From: an uncultured Acidobacteriota bacterium
Lineage (GTDB): Bacteria > Acidobacteriota > UBA6911
Length of the DNA: 64,000 bases
Reading direction: 5' to 3'
NCBI GenBank assembly: GCA_963843575.1
Contig: CAWJKZ010000014.1
Coordinates: 64,001-128,000 of the forward strand
Shown here: positions 30,664 to 40,542 of the stretch, in pieces
How the letters are laid out: each line of letters begins with the position of its first letter
Numbering within the stretch: the stretch's first letter is position 1
Position numbers and translations under genes: made by a program
Notes under the pieces: model-generated
What the model was told of the DNA's origin: nothing
Seen by the model: the letters and a program-made list of their open reading frames with translations, nothing else
The model's database searches: none

Positions 30664-30858
30664 TCAGGCAATTCTCTTCAGAATGCGCGCGGGCAGGGTG
30701 ACCACGGCCCAGACAAGTTCGAGGACGCCCCCCACGGCGATCCCCACGATCCTGAAGGGGAGCAGGACGAGCCAGACGAGCGGGTAGAGCACGAGGGCGA
30801 GGATCGCCAGCGGCCAGCACAGGATGAGCAGGATGCACCAAAGTAGGAACTTAACCAT
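30664..30858 (-). CDS. Small membrane protein
   Basis: 64-aa hydrophobic ORF CWPLAILALVLYPLVWLVLLPFR. Confidence 0.6.
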   Translation of the reverse strand: MVKFLLWCILLILCWPLAILALVLYPLVWLVLLPFRIVGIAVGGVLELVWAVVTLPARILKRIA

Positions 30859-30922
30859 GAATCACACTCGCCGCCGCCTTCCGTCGAGGCGGCGGGCGTC
30901 CTCGATGACCGCCGCCGGTTGC

Positions 30923-31315
30923 TCATTCTTCGCGGGGCGATTTCTCCGTCTGTTCGGTTCCGGGCTCTTCATCCTGTTGCTCGTCGCCGGCAAAAAAGGC
31001 GTCGTAGAGTTCGCGTGCGCGCTCGACGTCCCGCTGCTCGACCAGCAGGGTGGTGGGTGCCGCCATGCTGGTCGCCCCGATAGGGTCGGATTCCCCGCGA
31101 ACAACCGTGTGGATGCCGTTGGATTCCAGCAGTTCGCGGATCATGTCGGCCTCGGCGACCACCGGGAAACTGGCCAGTTCAGCCAGGGCCTCGGAATCCG
31201 CTTCAACCTCCGTCCCGTGCCGCTCGGGCAGGGCATCGACCAGTGCGACATCGCAGTCGGAACAGCGGCCGACGCCATCGCGGTATTCGGCCTCGCAGCT
31301 CGGGCAATAGGGCAT
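30923..31315 (-). CDS. Zinc-ribbon + DUF2007-like protein
   Basis: CPSC...CSDC; EADMIRELLESNGI...V...D.ERA; RBS GAGGGG. Confidence 0.75.
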   Translation of the reverse strand: MPYCPSCEAEYRDGVGRCSDCDVALVDALPERHGTEVEADSEALAELASFPVVAEADMIRELLESNGIHTVVRGESDPIGATSMAAPTTLLVEQRDVERARELYDAFFAGDEQQDEEPGTEQTEKSPREE

Positions 31316-31430
31316 GTCCCCCTCCGTCCTGTCCACCGCCATTTCATTTCAATTTTTACCACATCCGGCGGGGAAATGGGTGATATTGCATCGGCAGGCA
31401 GGGGAGGAGAGATGAAGGAGTTCCCTGAGG

Positions 31431-32390
31431 TTACCGGATGAGGGCGTAGCAGACAACGGCGGCGACGAGGGCGATCAGGGCCGCAAGCCAGGCGAGCGAC
31501 GCCGCGGCCAGTCTGGCGCGTCGGCGGCCGGGTGCTGGGGGAGTGCACGTGTCGCGCACGAGGCGCAGCTCGCGCGCCATGTCTGAGACACTCCGGTAGC
31601 GGTCGCCCGGTTTTTTGGCGAGGGCCCGCTCGACGATGGCGTCAACCTCCACCGGCACCATGGCGCTGCGGGAACTCGGTGCGGGCGGGTCACCCTCGAG
31701 GATGGCGCTCATCCTGGACAGCGAATTGCGGGCTTCAAATGGATGCCGCCCGGTGAGCATCTCGTAAAGGATCGCACCCAGCGAGAAGATGTCGCTGCGG
31801 TAGTCGATCTTTGCCCCGCGAATCTGTTCCGGGGACATGTAGGCCAGGGCCCCCATCGGGATAATCGTGTCGGCAAAATCCACCCGTCGCTGACGCAAGC
31901 CCCTTTTCGTCCCCTTCTCGATCTCGGTAAACCGGCCGATGCAGCAGTCCGACAGAAGGACTCCTTCGTCCTGGAGCCAGACGTTTGAAGGCTTGAGACC
32001 GCGATGTTCGGTTCCGGAGGCGTGAATGGCGGCCAGCCCGTCTGCCATGGCGAGCGCGATATCCAAGGCCGTGCGCCAGGGCAGGGACTTCCCGTCGAGG
32101 TGTTGCTCCAGAGTCCTGCCGCGCAAGAAAGGGCTCACAACGAAGAAATCGTCGTTGTCGTCGCCGATTTCCAGGATGGGGCAGACCGCCGGGTGGCGAA
32201 CCTGGCTTGCCGAGAGCAAGCACTGCAGGAATCTCTCGCGGCGCTCGGCGTTGAACAGAACGTTCGAGCGGACCAGTTTCACCGCGACGAAGCGCCCCTC
32301 GGACGGGTCCTCGGCCTTGTAGACGGTCCCCATGCTGCCCGTCCCGAGGGTTTCAACGATGGTGTACTTGCCAAGTCTCTCGCCAATCAT
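31431..32390 (-). CDS. Hanks-type Ser/Thr kinase-fold protein with C-terminal TM helix (probable pseudokinase)
   Basis: GTGSMGTVY, VAVK, YMSPEQ and SDIFSLG present; HRD is HRG and DFG is DCC. Confidence 0.85.
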   Translation of the reverse strand: MIGERLGKYTIVETLGTGSMGTVYKAEDPSEGRFVAVKLVRSNVLFNAERRERFLQCLLSASQVRHPAVCPILEIGDDNDDFFVVSPFLRGRTLEQHLDGKSLPWRTALDIALAMADGLAAIHASGTEHRGLKPSNVWLQDEGVLLSDCCIGRFTEIEKGTKRGLRQRRVDFADTIIPMGALAYMSPEQIRGAKIDYRSDIFSLGAILYEMLTGRHPFEARNSLSRMSAILEGDPPAPSSRSAMVPVEVDAIVERALAKKPGDRYRSVSDMARELRLVRDTCTPPAPGRRRARLAAASLAWLAALIALVAAVVCYALIR

Positions 32391-32621
32391 GGGTCAGAGG
32401 CCGCGGAGGGACTTCAGGCGTTCTGGAGTTGACGCATGATGAGATGCCCCTGAGGTCGTCTGCACTGTTAGATTCGCACACGCCGCACCCTCCTGTCCAG
32501 CAGCGATTGGCCGCGAAGCCGCGCGCCGGGGCGGGGCGCGGCGGGGCGTCCCGACGGCGGGAACCGGCGCGGGGCTAAACTCGATCCGCCGGTCGGACGA
32601 TATGCGGCAGGGAGGAGCTGT

Positions 32622-33578
32622 ATGGAACTGGCGCATCCCGATCTCGGACGGAATTCCCCTGTCGTCGAGAAGACCACTGTGCGGGGACGTTCGCTGCGGG
32701 GCATCCTCGAAGCGCACGCACTCTGGCTTCAGAAAGAGGGGGGCGAGAGGGCAAACCTGGTCGGCGCGGTCCTGGCGGACATGGACCTGCAGGGGATCGA
32801 TTTGCGCCGGGCCGACCTGCGGGGCGCCTCGTTTGTCGAGTCGAACCTCTCCCACGCCGACCTGAGCGGCTGCGACCTCGCACAGGCGGACTTCCGAAAA
32901 GCCCAACTGCTCGGGAGCGACTTCGGCGCCGCCGCCCTGACCGGGGCTGACTTCCAGTATTGCTGGCTGGCTCAGGCGAATTTCGCCGACGCCCAGTTAT
33001 CGGGCGCGAGGTTCCGCCGGGCGAGCCTGCGCGAGAGCCGATTCATGGGCGCCCGCCTGGAAGGTTGCGACTTTTCCGACACCAACCTTCAGGGGGCGCA
33101 GCTGCACCGCGCCTACGCCGTCGAGTGCAACTTCGCGGAAGCGGATCTCGAGAAGGCAAATTTCCTTTACGCGCGACTGCACCTCTGCCGGTTTGTGGGC
33201 GCCAGACTGGGCCAGGCGTCTTTTGTCTCGGCCCAGGTCCGCAACTGCGATTTCCGCAGCGCCGACGCCTCATCGGCCAGGTTCAGCGAGGCCAACCTGT
33301 CACAGAGCTCCTTCTGCCACGCCGCCCTCTCCGGCTGCGACCTGCGCGACGCCGATCTGCGGGCCGCGGACCTGTCTTACGCCAACCTCACAGACGCGGT
33401 CCTCTCCGGCGCCACCCTGATGGCTTCGGACCTCCGGGGCGCGACTCTGCAGGGAGTGAAACACGCTTCCGCCCGTCAGCTCATGCAGGCGCGCACCGGC
33501 GCCAGCACCACGCTTCCCAGCGGGGCCAAGGGGCCGTACCTCCGCGGTTCCGGAGCCGAATACCCCTCGTGCCGATGA
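32622..33578 (+). CDS. Pentapeptide repeat protein
   Basis: Long A(D/N)(L/F)xx repeat array; ILEAHALWL N-terminus. Confidence 0.92.
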   Translation: MELAHPDLGRNSPVVEKTTVRGRSLRGILEAHALWLQKEGGERANLVGAVLADMDLQGIDLRRADLRGASFVESNLSHADLSGCDLAQADFRKAQLLGSDFGAAALTGADFQYCWLAQANFADAQLSGARFRRASLRESRFMGARLEGCDFSDTNLQGAQLHRAYAVECNFAEADLEKANFLYARLHLCRFVGARLGQASFVSAQVRNCDFRSADASSARFSEANLSQSSFCHAALSGCDLRDADLRAADLSYANLTDAVLSGATLMASDLRGATLQGVKHASARQLMQARTGASTTLPSGAKGPYLRGSGAEYPSCR

Positions 33579-33666
33579 GCCCCACGGCCGGCCGAACGCC
33601 GACCTTGAAGACTTGAAGGTCTCGAAGCCGCCCGACCCTCACACCGGTCTGCTATCATAATGGGCT

Positions 33667-34194
33667 ATGTCGATACTGAAATTCTTGAAGCTCGATTCGC
33701 CGCGCGGCGCCGCCCCTTCGGTCGAAACCGACACGGTGCGCAAAATCACGGAAGCCCTGGACAAGCTCGATCCCGATCGTGCCCGTTACGTCGCGGCCTT
33801 TGCCTATATCCTTAGCCGGATCGCCCGCGCGGACCTGCGGATCAGTCCCGAGGAAACCCGGGCCATGGAGCGAATCGTGATGGGGCGCGGCGGGCTGCCC
33901 GAAGAGCAGGCCATCATCGTCGTGCAGATGGCGAAATCCCAGAGCACCCTGTTCGGTTCGACCGAGAACTTCCTCGTCACCCGCGAGTTCAACAAGATGG
34001 CGACGCGCGAACAGAAGCTCGCCCTGCTCGAGTGCCTGTTCGCGGTTTCGGCCGCGGATCAGTCGATCTCGACCGTCGAGGACAACGAAGTCAGTCAGAT
34101 CGCCGACGAACTGCGCATCGAACGGCCCGACTTCATCGCCATCCGGTCGTCGTTCCGAAGCCACCTCGCCGTCCTGAAAAAGCCCCAGCCTTGA
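33667..34194 (+). CDS. TerB-family protein
   Basis: IARAD..ISPEE and LFAVSAAD..IS..E motifs. Confidence 0.8.
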   Translation: MSILKFLKLDSPRGAAPSVETDTVRKITEALDKLDPDRARYVAAFAYILSRIARADLRISPEETRAMERIVMGRGGLPEEQAIIVVQMAKSQSTLFGSTENFLVTREFNKMATREQKLALLECLFAVSAADQSISTVEDNEVSQIADELRIERPDFIAIRSSFRSHLAVLKKPQP

Positions 34195-34435
34195 CGCCAG
34201 AGGATGGAAGTGTTGGATCTTGTGAGGTCATGGCTCGCCTCGAAGCGCTCAAAGAAGGCTCAAAGAGCTGCCGGCAGGGGCCGCCGATCCCTTCCGTGTC
34301 TTCCGTTTTTTCAGTGGCTTCCGTGACAAGTTGTTTTTCTCGCTGCGACAACGTGCCGCATCGCTGGACTTCGGCCCGGCTTTGGCCTTATAAAACCGCC
34401 TTCAGCCCTTGCAGCTATCATCACGGGAGGAACCC

Positions 34436-36034
34436 ATGCGTTCTCGAGCATTCAGCGCCCTTGCCGTCTTTGTGCTTTGCGCCGGTTACGCTGCCGCCGT
34501 GCGGTCTGCGCCACAAACGACCGACCCGCGGATCGGGCAGCTGAAGGGGGCCGCGGCGGCCGAGGTCGTCAAGATGGCGCGATTCACCCAACAGATGGTC
34601 GACACGATCTTCAGTTTCGCCGAGTTGGGATTCCAGGAAGTCGAGACCTCCCGCTACTGCGTGGACATCCTCCGCAAGAACGGTTTCCAGGTCGAGGAGG
34701 GGATTGCGGGCATGCCGACGGCGTGGATGGCGACCTGGGGCTCCGGCAAGCCCGTCATTGCCTTGGGTTCCGACATTGACGGGCTACCCCAGACCTCGCA
34801 GAAACCCGGGATCGCGTACCGCGCACCTTTTATCGAAGGGGCGCCCGGGCACGGCGAGGGGCACAATTCGGGGCTGCCGCTCAACATCACGGCGGCCCTG
34901 GCAGTGAAAAGGATCATGGAGCGGGAACGCCTCTCTGGCACCCTCAAGCTCTGGCCCGGCGTGGCGGAGGAGCAGCTTGCCGGCAAGGCGCACTACGTCC
35001 GCGCCGGCACGTTCAAGGACGTCGACGTAGTTTTGTTCGCACACGTCGACAGCAGCATGGGCGTGTCCTATGGTTCGAGCTCCTCCAGCGGGCTCGTATC
35101 CGTCGAGTACACCTTTCAGGGGGCCAGCGCGCACGCGGGGGGGTCCCCGTGGCGCGGCCGGAGCGCCCTGGACGCCGTTGAGCTGATGGATGTCGGCTGG
35201 AACTTCCGGCGCGAGCACCTGCGCATCCAGCACCGGTCCCACTACGTCATCACCAACGGCGGTGACCAGCCGAACGTGGTCCCGCCGCTCGCCTCCGTCT
35301 GGTACTTCTTCCGCGAGATGGATTACCCTCACATCAAGGAGCTGTTCGAGATCGGCAACACGATGGCTCAGGGTGCCGCCCTGATGACGGGCACGACCGT
35401 GACGCGGCGTCTGCTCGGTTCGGCCTGGCCCACTTATTTTAACCAGCCGGTTGCGGAAGCGATGCAGGAGAACATCAAGAGCGTCGGCATGCCGCGCTGG
35501 AGCGACGACGATCAGGCCCTGGCCAGGGCGGTGCAAGCCGAAGCCAAGGCGCCGGAGAAAGGGCTCGAAACGGAAGTGGCTAAAATCGGGCTGCCGGTCA
35601 AGGAGGAGGACAAGCGAGGCGGTGGTTCCGACGACATCGGCGACGTCTCGTGGAACGTTCCGACGGTGACCCTGCGATATCCCGCCAACATCCCGGGCCT
35701 GCCGGGTCACAGCTGGCTCAACTCCATCTCGATGGCAACCCCGATCGCACACAAGGGGGTGACCTCGGGCGCCCAAACCATGGCCCTGACCACGCTGGAT
35801 CTGCTGCTCGACCCCGGTCTGATCGCCCGGGCATGGACCTATTTCCGCGACGTCCAGACCAAGGACGTGAGCTACACCTCCTTCCTTGGTGAGGACGACA
35901 AGCCGGCCCTGGACCTGAACCGGAAGACCATGGAACGCTTTCGGCCCGAGATGCGAAAGTTCTACTATGACGCCTCCCGGTACAAGACCTACCTGGAGCA
36001 GTTGGGCATCGCCTACCCGACACTCGGTCGCTGA
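34436..36034 (+). CDS. M20-family amidohydrolase (AbgB-like), secreted
   Basis: ELGFQEVETS, GHGEGHN, VAEE, SALDAVELM and GGSDDIGDVSW motifs. Confidence 0.88.
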   Translation: MRSRAFSALAVFVLCAGYAAAVRSAPQTTDPRIGQLKGAAAAEVVKMARFTQQMVDTIFSFAELGFQEVETSRYCVDILRKNGFQVEEGIAGMPTAWMATWGSGKPVIALGSDIDGLPQTSQKPGIAYRAPFIEGAPGHGEGHNSGLPLNITAALAVKRIMERERLSGTLKLWPGVAEEQLAGKAHYVRAGTFKDVDVVLFAHVDSSMGVSYGSSSSSGLVSVEYTFQGASAHAGGSPWRGRSALDAVELMDVGWNFRREHLRIQHRSHYVITNGGDQPNVVPPLASVWYFFREMDYPHIKELFEIGNTMAQGAALMTGTTVTRRLLGSAWPTYFNQPVAEAMQENIKSVGMPRWSDDDQALARAVQAEAKAPEKGLETEVAKIGLPVKEEDKRGGGSDDIGDVSWNVPTVTLRYPANIPGLPGHSWLNSISMATPIAHKGVTSGAQTMALTTLDLLLDPGLIARAWTYFRDVQTKDVSYTSFLGEDDKPALDLNRKTMERFRPEMRKFYYDASRYKTYLEQLGIAYPTLGR

Positions 36035-37455
36035 GGGTTGCGGGGGTGACGGACCGCCCGCGCGACCGTCACCCCCCAGAGTACAACCAGGGAAATGATC
36101 AGTCCCGCGAGGAACGGATTGAGGAGGCGCGGGAGCGCTGCCCCGGCCCCGTAGTTGAGCGCCAGGGTGGCGGGGACCGAGACCGCGATGGCAGCGAGCG
36201 CCGCCGAGGCGCTCGGGCGGGTGGAAAAGAGTCCGGAAATCACCGGCACAAAGAGGGCCACCGTCACGAGGCTGTAGAAGAGGGTCAGAGAGCCTATGAT
36301 CGACGGCATGGTTATCGAAATCGCCACGGCCCCGGCCCCGGCGGCCCCGGCGCTCAGGCGGCTGATGAGCAGCAGCCTGCGTTCGGAGGCGTCGCGGTCG
36401 AGGAAACTGCGGTAGAGATCGATCGTGAGCGACGAGGAGAGCATGAACAGCACCGCGTCGCACGTACTGATTTCCGCCGAAAATATCGCGGCGATCCCCA
36501 GGATCCCGAGCCACAGGGGAAGGTTTTCGGTCATGAGTCTGAATATCGCGTACTGCGGGTCGGCGAGGGAAGGGAAGCGCGCGGCGGCGGCCATGCCCAG
36601 AAGCGCCGGAACGAGGGCATACGCCAGGAGGACGAGTGCGTTGGCGTTTATGCCGCGCCGCGCCGCACTGGCCGACCTGGCGCCGTAGAGCTTCTGCACC
36701 AGTCCGGGGGACACGATGAACGACGGGGTCAGAAGCGCCACGTAATACAACACCCCGGTGGCGCCGATCCCGAAGACGCTCACATACGATGCCCCGCCGG
36801 TCTCTCCCAGGCGCGACGTCATGGTGGCGACAATCGCACCCCAACCGCCGGCCGAAGCCAGCGCGTACCAGGCGGAAAGCCCAAAGCCGCACAGCAGGAC
36901 TATCACCTGGAGCGCGTTCACCCAGGCGGAGCCGAGCAGCCCACCGGCCACGAAATAGGACAGGACGACGACGCCGCTCAGGGTGGATCCGAGCCAGCGC
37001 GGCAACCCGGCGACGACGTCGAACAGGATGGAGAGCGCGATCAACTGCGCGGCCAACAACCCCAGCGAGCCGAACCAGAGGATCGCGGCACAAAGACCGC
37101 GCACCGTGCGGTTGTAGCGGAACTCCAAGAAATCCCCGAGCGTCTGGAGGTCGTTGGCGCGCGCCAGGCGCCAGATGCGGGGGCCGACCGTGTGGGCCAG
37201 GAACAGGCAGCCGATTCCGGCCGAACCGACCCACCACCACGCAGACATCCCGAGGCTGTAGCCGAGGGCTGCGGCCCCCACGGTGGAGCCGGCGCCGATG
37301 TTGGCGGCCAGAAGCGTCGAGAATATGAGGCCGCCACCGAGGCTGCGCCCCGCAACGAGGAAGTCCGAAGCGCGTCGCACCCGGCGCGACAGGACGGCGC
37401 CGACTGCCATCATCACGACTGAATAAATAAGCAGCGCTGCCAGGTACGGGTTCAT
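36013..37455 (-). CDS. Sodium:solute symporter family protein
   Basis: DFLVAGRSL, ANIGAGSTVG and AIFSAEISTCD motifs; many TM segments; promoter TTGCAA-17-TACCTT upstream. Confidence 0.9.
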   Translation of the reverse strand: MNPYLAALLIYSVVMMAVGAVLSRRVRRASDFLVAGRSLGGGLIFSTLLAANIGAGSTVGAAALGYSLGMSAWWWVGSAGIGCLFLAHTVGPRIWRLARANDLQTLGDFLEFRYNRTVRGLCAAILWFGSLGLLAAQLIALSILFDVVAGLPRWLGSTLSGVVVLSYFVAGGLLGSAWVNALQVIVLLCGFGLSAWYALASAGGWGAIVATMTSRLGETGGASYVSVFGIGATGVLYYVALLTPSFIVSPGLVQKLYGARSASAARRGINANALVLLAYALVPALLGMAAAARFPSLADPQYAIFRLMTENLPLWLGILGIAAIFSAEISTCDAVLFMLSSSLTIDLYRSFLDRDASERRLLLISRLSAGAAGAGAVAISITMPSIIGSLTLFYSLVTVALFVPVISGLFSTRPSASAALAAIAVSVPATLALNYGAGAALPRLLNPFLAGLIISLVVLWGVTVARAVRHPRNPQRPSVG

Positions 37456-37534
37456 GTCGCGGGTGAAGGTACGCGAATCGGACCGCATTTGCAATGACCC
37501 CGGCCCTCGGGCGGAACTTGCTCAGGCCGGTCAT

Positions 37535-37830
37535 GCGGGTCATTCATCGAGGCGAGAGCCGACGACACGATCAAGGTCGCCGGGAAGCGCACGGGTCCGG
37601 TGGAGGTCGAGGCGGCGTTCATGGTCGACGCCAGGGTCTCCGAGACCGCGGCCATCGGTGTGCCCGACGAGATCAAGGGGGAGGCTATTGTCTGCTTTGC
37701 AGTCTTGCGGTCCGGGTACGCAGGGAGTGAAGAGGTGGAGCGAGAGCTGATCGGGACCGTCGTAAAGGGCCTGGGCAAGACGCTGCGGCCGGCCCGAGTG
37801 CCCTTTGTCCCGGCGCTGCCGCCCACCTAA
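37535..37830 (+). pseudogene. AMP-binding (acyl-CoA synthetase) C-terminal remnant
   Basis: RADDTIKVAGKRTGPVEVEAA...AAIGVPDEIKGEAIVCF...PALP; no adenylation core. Confidence 0.7.
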
Positions 37831-38690
37831 AACAGGGTTTGGGCGAGACGCTTTCGGAATTCCTCCGACAGATCGCTGCGCTCGCCTGCCAGCGTGAAGA
37901 CAGTGAGCATCGCCTTGCGGGCGGCCTGGTCGTTGAAACTCCTGTCCCGGGACACCACGTGCAGGAACTCCTCGAGCGCACCGCGGTAATCGCCTTCGAT
38001 GGCGAGACAGCACCCGTGGCCGTAGCGCGCCTCGAGGTTTTCGGGCTCGGCGGAGGCGAACGCCGCCCAGTCAGCGGGGCTTCGGCCGGAACGGCAGACC
38101 GCCTCGAATTCCAGCACGCGCTTCATCGTCTGGGCCTGCTCCCAGAGCTCGCTGCCCGCGGGTATCCGGTCCCACTGCGCCCTCGCCTCGTCCGCCTTGC
38201 CGTTCAGGAGGAGGACCCGGCCGAGTTCGAACAGCGCGGCGGCATGCGACGGGTCCAGCGCCAGCGTTTCGCGGAGCAACGCAAGCGCGCGCCCGGTCGC
38301 GCCGTCGCGCAGTTCGGTTACGGCGGCGTCATATTTCAGGTCGGCCGCGGAAGGGCAGTGGCGCCGGAGGAACGCCCTGACCTCGTCCTCGGGCAGGGCG
38401 CCGAAGAACTCGTCGACCAGCTCCCCGTCCCTGAAGACCTTCACGTTTGGGATACTCTGGATGCGGAAGCGCAGCGCGAGCTCCGTGTTGGATTCGGTGT
38501 CGACCTTGGCGAGGAGGAAGTTCCCCTCGAATTCATCGGCCAGCCGCTCCAGGATCGGACCGAGAATCCGGCACGGCCCGCACCAGGGAGCCCAGAAATC
38601 GACCACCACCGGCCGCTTTCGGGATTCCTCGATGACCGATGCCTGAAAATCGCCCGCTGCAACATCTTTTGTGTGCGTTGTTGTCGCCAC
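37827..38690 (-). CDS. cnoX: Thioredoxin-TPR chaperedoxin (CnoX/YbbN)
   Basis: VVDFWAPWCGPC, TPR region and C-terminal RKRLAQTLF. Confidence 0.85.
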   Translation of the reverse strand: MATTTHTKDVAAGDFQASVIEESRKRPVVVDFWAPWCGPCRILGPILERLADEFEGNFLLAKVDTESNTELALRFRIQSIPNVKVFRDGELVDEFFGALPEDEVRAFLRRHCPSAADLKYDAAVTELRDGATGRALALLRETLALDPSHAAALFELGRVLLLNGKADEARAQWDRIPAGSELWEQAQTMKRVLEFEAVCRSGRSPADWAAFASAEPENLEARYGHGCCLAIEGDYRGALEEFLHVVSRDRSFNDQAARKAMLTVFTLAGERSDLSEEFRKRLAQTLF

Positions 38691-38818
38691 GGCTTGCTCC
38701 TGCCTGGAAGGAACTAGCGGACCATGCCCCGGGCCGCCGTGCAATAAACAATAGCACAGTCCGGATCCAGCGGCCGGGGGGGCCTGGAGGAATGCGACGC
38801 GGGCGCAAGTCGAGTTGA

Positions 38819-38847
38819 TTGACTTCGATAGAGTGTCGCGTCATACT
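38819..38847 (+). promoter_or_regulatory. sigma70-type promoter for the Gfo/Idh/MocA gene
   Basis: TTGACT-17 bp-CATACT. Confidence 0.55.
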
Positions 38848-38938
38848 CCCCCCTGTCGTTTCCAGGTCTTAATTCCCCGGCGGGACCCACGCAGGGCTTC
38901 TACCGCTTCATCCTTCGCCACGCGAGGAGGATTTGACA

Positions 38939-40285
38939 ATGCCATTTGACAGGATTAACCGCAGGGAGTTCATGCAGAGGAGCGCCCTGACCGGCGCTGC
39001 CCTCGGGATGGCCATGGACGAGGTGAAAGGCGAGCCCGTCGCCCCGGTGGCAGCCAACGACCGGATCACGGTCGGCATGATCGGGGTCGGCGCCCGGGCT
39101 CACCAGCTGATCGAGGCGATCCGAGTCCTGCCGAACACCGAGATCGTCGCCGTCTGCGATGCCTACAAGGGGCGCATCGAACGGGCCATCGAGCGCACCG
39201 CCGGGCGCGCGAAGGCCTACCGCGACTACAAGCAAATCCTCGGCGACAAGTCGATCGACACGGTGGTCATCGCCACACCCGACCACCACCACGCCTACAT
39301 GGCCATCGAGGCGCTCCAGGCCGGCAAGGACGTCTACATCGAGAAGCCGCTGACCTACACCGTCGACGAAGGCAACACCATCATCGCCGAAGTCAAGAAG
39401 ACCGGGCGCGTGCTGCAGGTCGGCAGCCAGGGGATCAGCTCGCGCATCCAGCAGAAGGCCCGCGAGATCATCGCCTCCGGGAAGCTCGGACAGATCACGA
39501 CGTTGCGCGCGCACTTCAACCGGAACACGGCAAGCGGCGCATGGATCTACCCGATCCCACCCGACGCCTCCCCCGAGACCGTGAACTGGGAGATGTTTCT
39601 GGGCAGCGCCCCCAAGAGGCCGGTGGACTACGCACGTTTCTTCCGGTGGAGATGCTACCAGGACTACTCGGGCGGGATCGCTACCGATCTCTTTGTCCAC
39701 CTCGCCACGAGCATCCACTACATGATGAACGCCAAAATGCCCGCCCAGGTCATGGCGATGTCCCAGCTGTACCGGTGGAAGGAAACCCGGGACGTTCCGG
39801 ATACGATCAACGCCGTTTTGGAGTACCCGGAGGGTTTCGTCGCCAACCTGAGCGGCACATTCAACAGCCAGGGGAGTTCCGAAAGCGGCTTCCAGATCCT
39901 GGGAACCAAGGGGAGCCTCGTGGTCGGCGAAACGGTGACCTTCTACCCGGAAGCGGTCAACGAGGACAATCGCTGGATCGTCGACAGCTGGCCGACGGCG
40001 ATGGAAGACGCCTATTTCAAGAATCCGAAGATCAAGGCGGAAGAACTGCCCGGTACCCGCGAGCCGGAAGTGACAATGAGCCAGGAACAGTACAGGGAAA
40101 TTGGTCTCGATCCGACGGTGCTGCACTTCCGGACGTTCTTCGCCTCGGTGCAGTCTCGCAAACAGCCGCCGGAAGATGCCCTCACCGGGCACCGCGCCGC
40201 TGCCCTGGCGCACCTGGTGAACAAGTCGGCACGGGAAAAGAGGCTGGTGAGCTGGGATTTTGCCAGGGAGAGCGTCAAGGCCTGA
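38939..40285 (+). CDS. Tat-exported Gfo/Idh/MocA oxidoreductase
   Basis: NRREF signal; IGVGARA, IATPDHHH and YIEKP motifs; RBS GAGGAGG. Confidence 0.9.
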   Translation: MPFDRINRREFMQRSALTGAALGMAMDEVKGEPVAPVAANDRITVGMIGVGARAHQLIEAIRVLPNTEIVAVCDAYKGRIERAIERTAGRAKAYRDYKQILGDKSIDTVVIATPDHHHAYMAIEALQAGKDVYIEKPLTYTVDEGNTIIAEVKKTGRVLQVGSQGISSRIQQKAREIIASGKLGQITTLRAHFNRNTASGAWIYPIPPDASPETVNWEMFLGSAPKRPVDYARFFRWRCYQDYSGGIATDLFVHLATSIHYMMNAKMPAQVMAMSQLYRWKETRDVPDTINAVLEYPEGFVANLSGTFNSQGSSESGFQILGTKGSLVVGETVTFYPEAVNEDNRWIVDSWPTAMEDAYFKNPKIKAEELPGTREPEVTMSQEQYREIGLDPTVLHFRTFFASVQSRKQPPEDALTGHRAAALAHLVNKSAREKRLVSWDFARESVKA

Positions 40286-40542
40286 CTCATCGAAACCGAA
40301 CGGCTCGCATGATGTCGCCCGCGGCCGATTTTCAGCAGGCCGCGCAGGGACTCGTCCCGGTGCAGCCGGGTGACGGCAGGGGGACCGATCAGGCTGCCGC
40401 ATCGAGAGTCGCACGTCCACACAGGATCGTGTAGTAGAATGGGTTTTGGAGCACCCGCCCCAAGTCGTCGGGGTTCCGTGGCAGCCGAGACGCCCCCAAG
40501 ATCGGCGGCGCGGCATGCCGGGGCTTGGGCGGATGCGGACGC

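Noticed and set aside
34290-34327. 9-bp TTCCGTG-type short tandem units
   Set aside because: Only about four degenerate units with no spacers; not CRISPR, at most an intergenic repeat remnant
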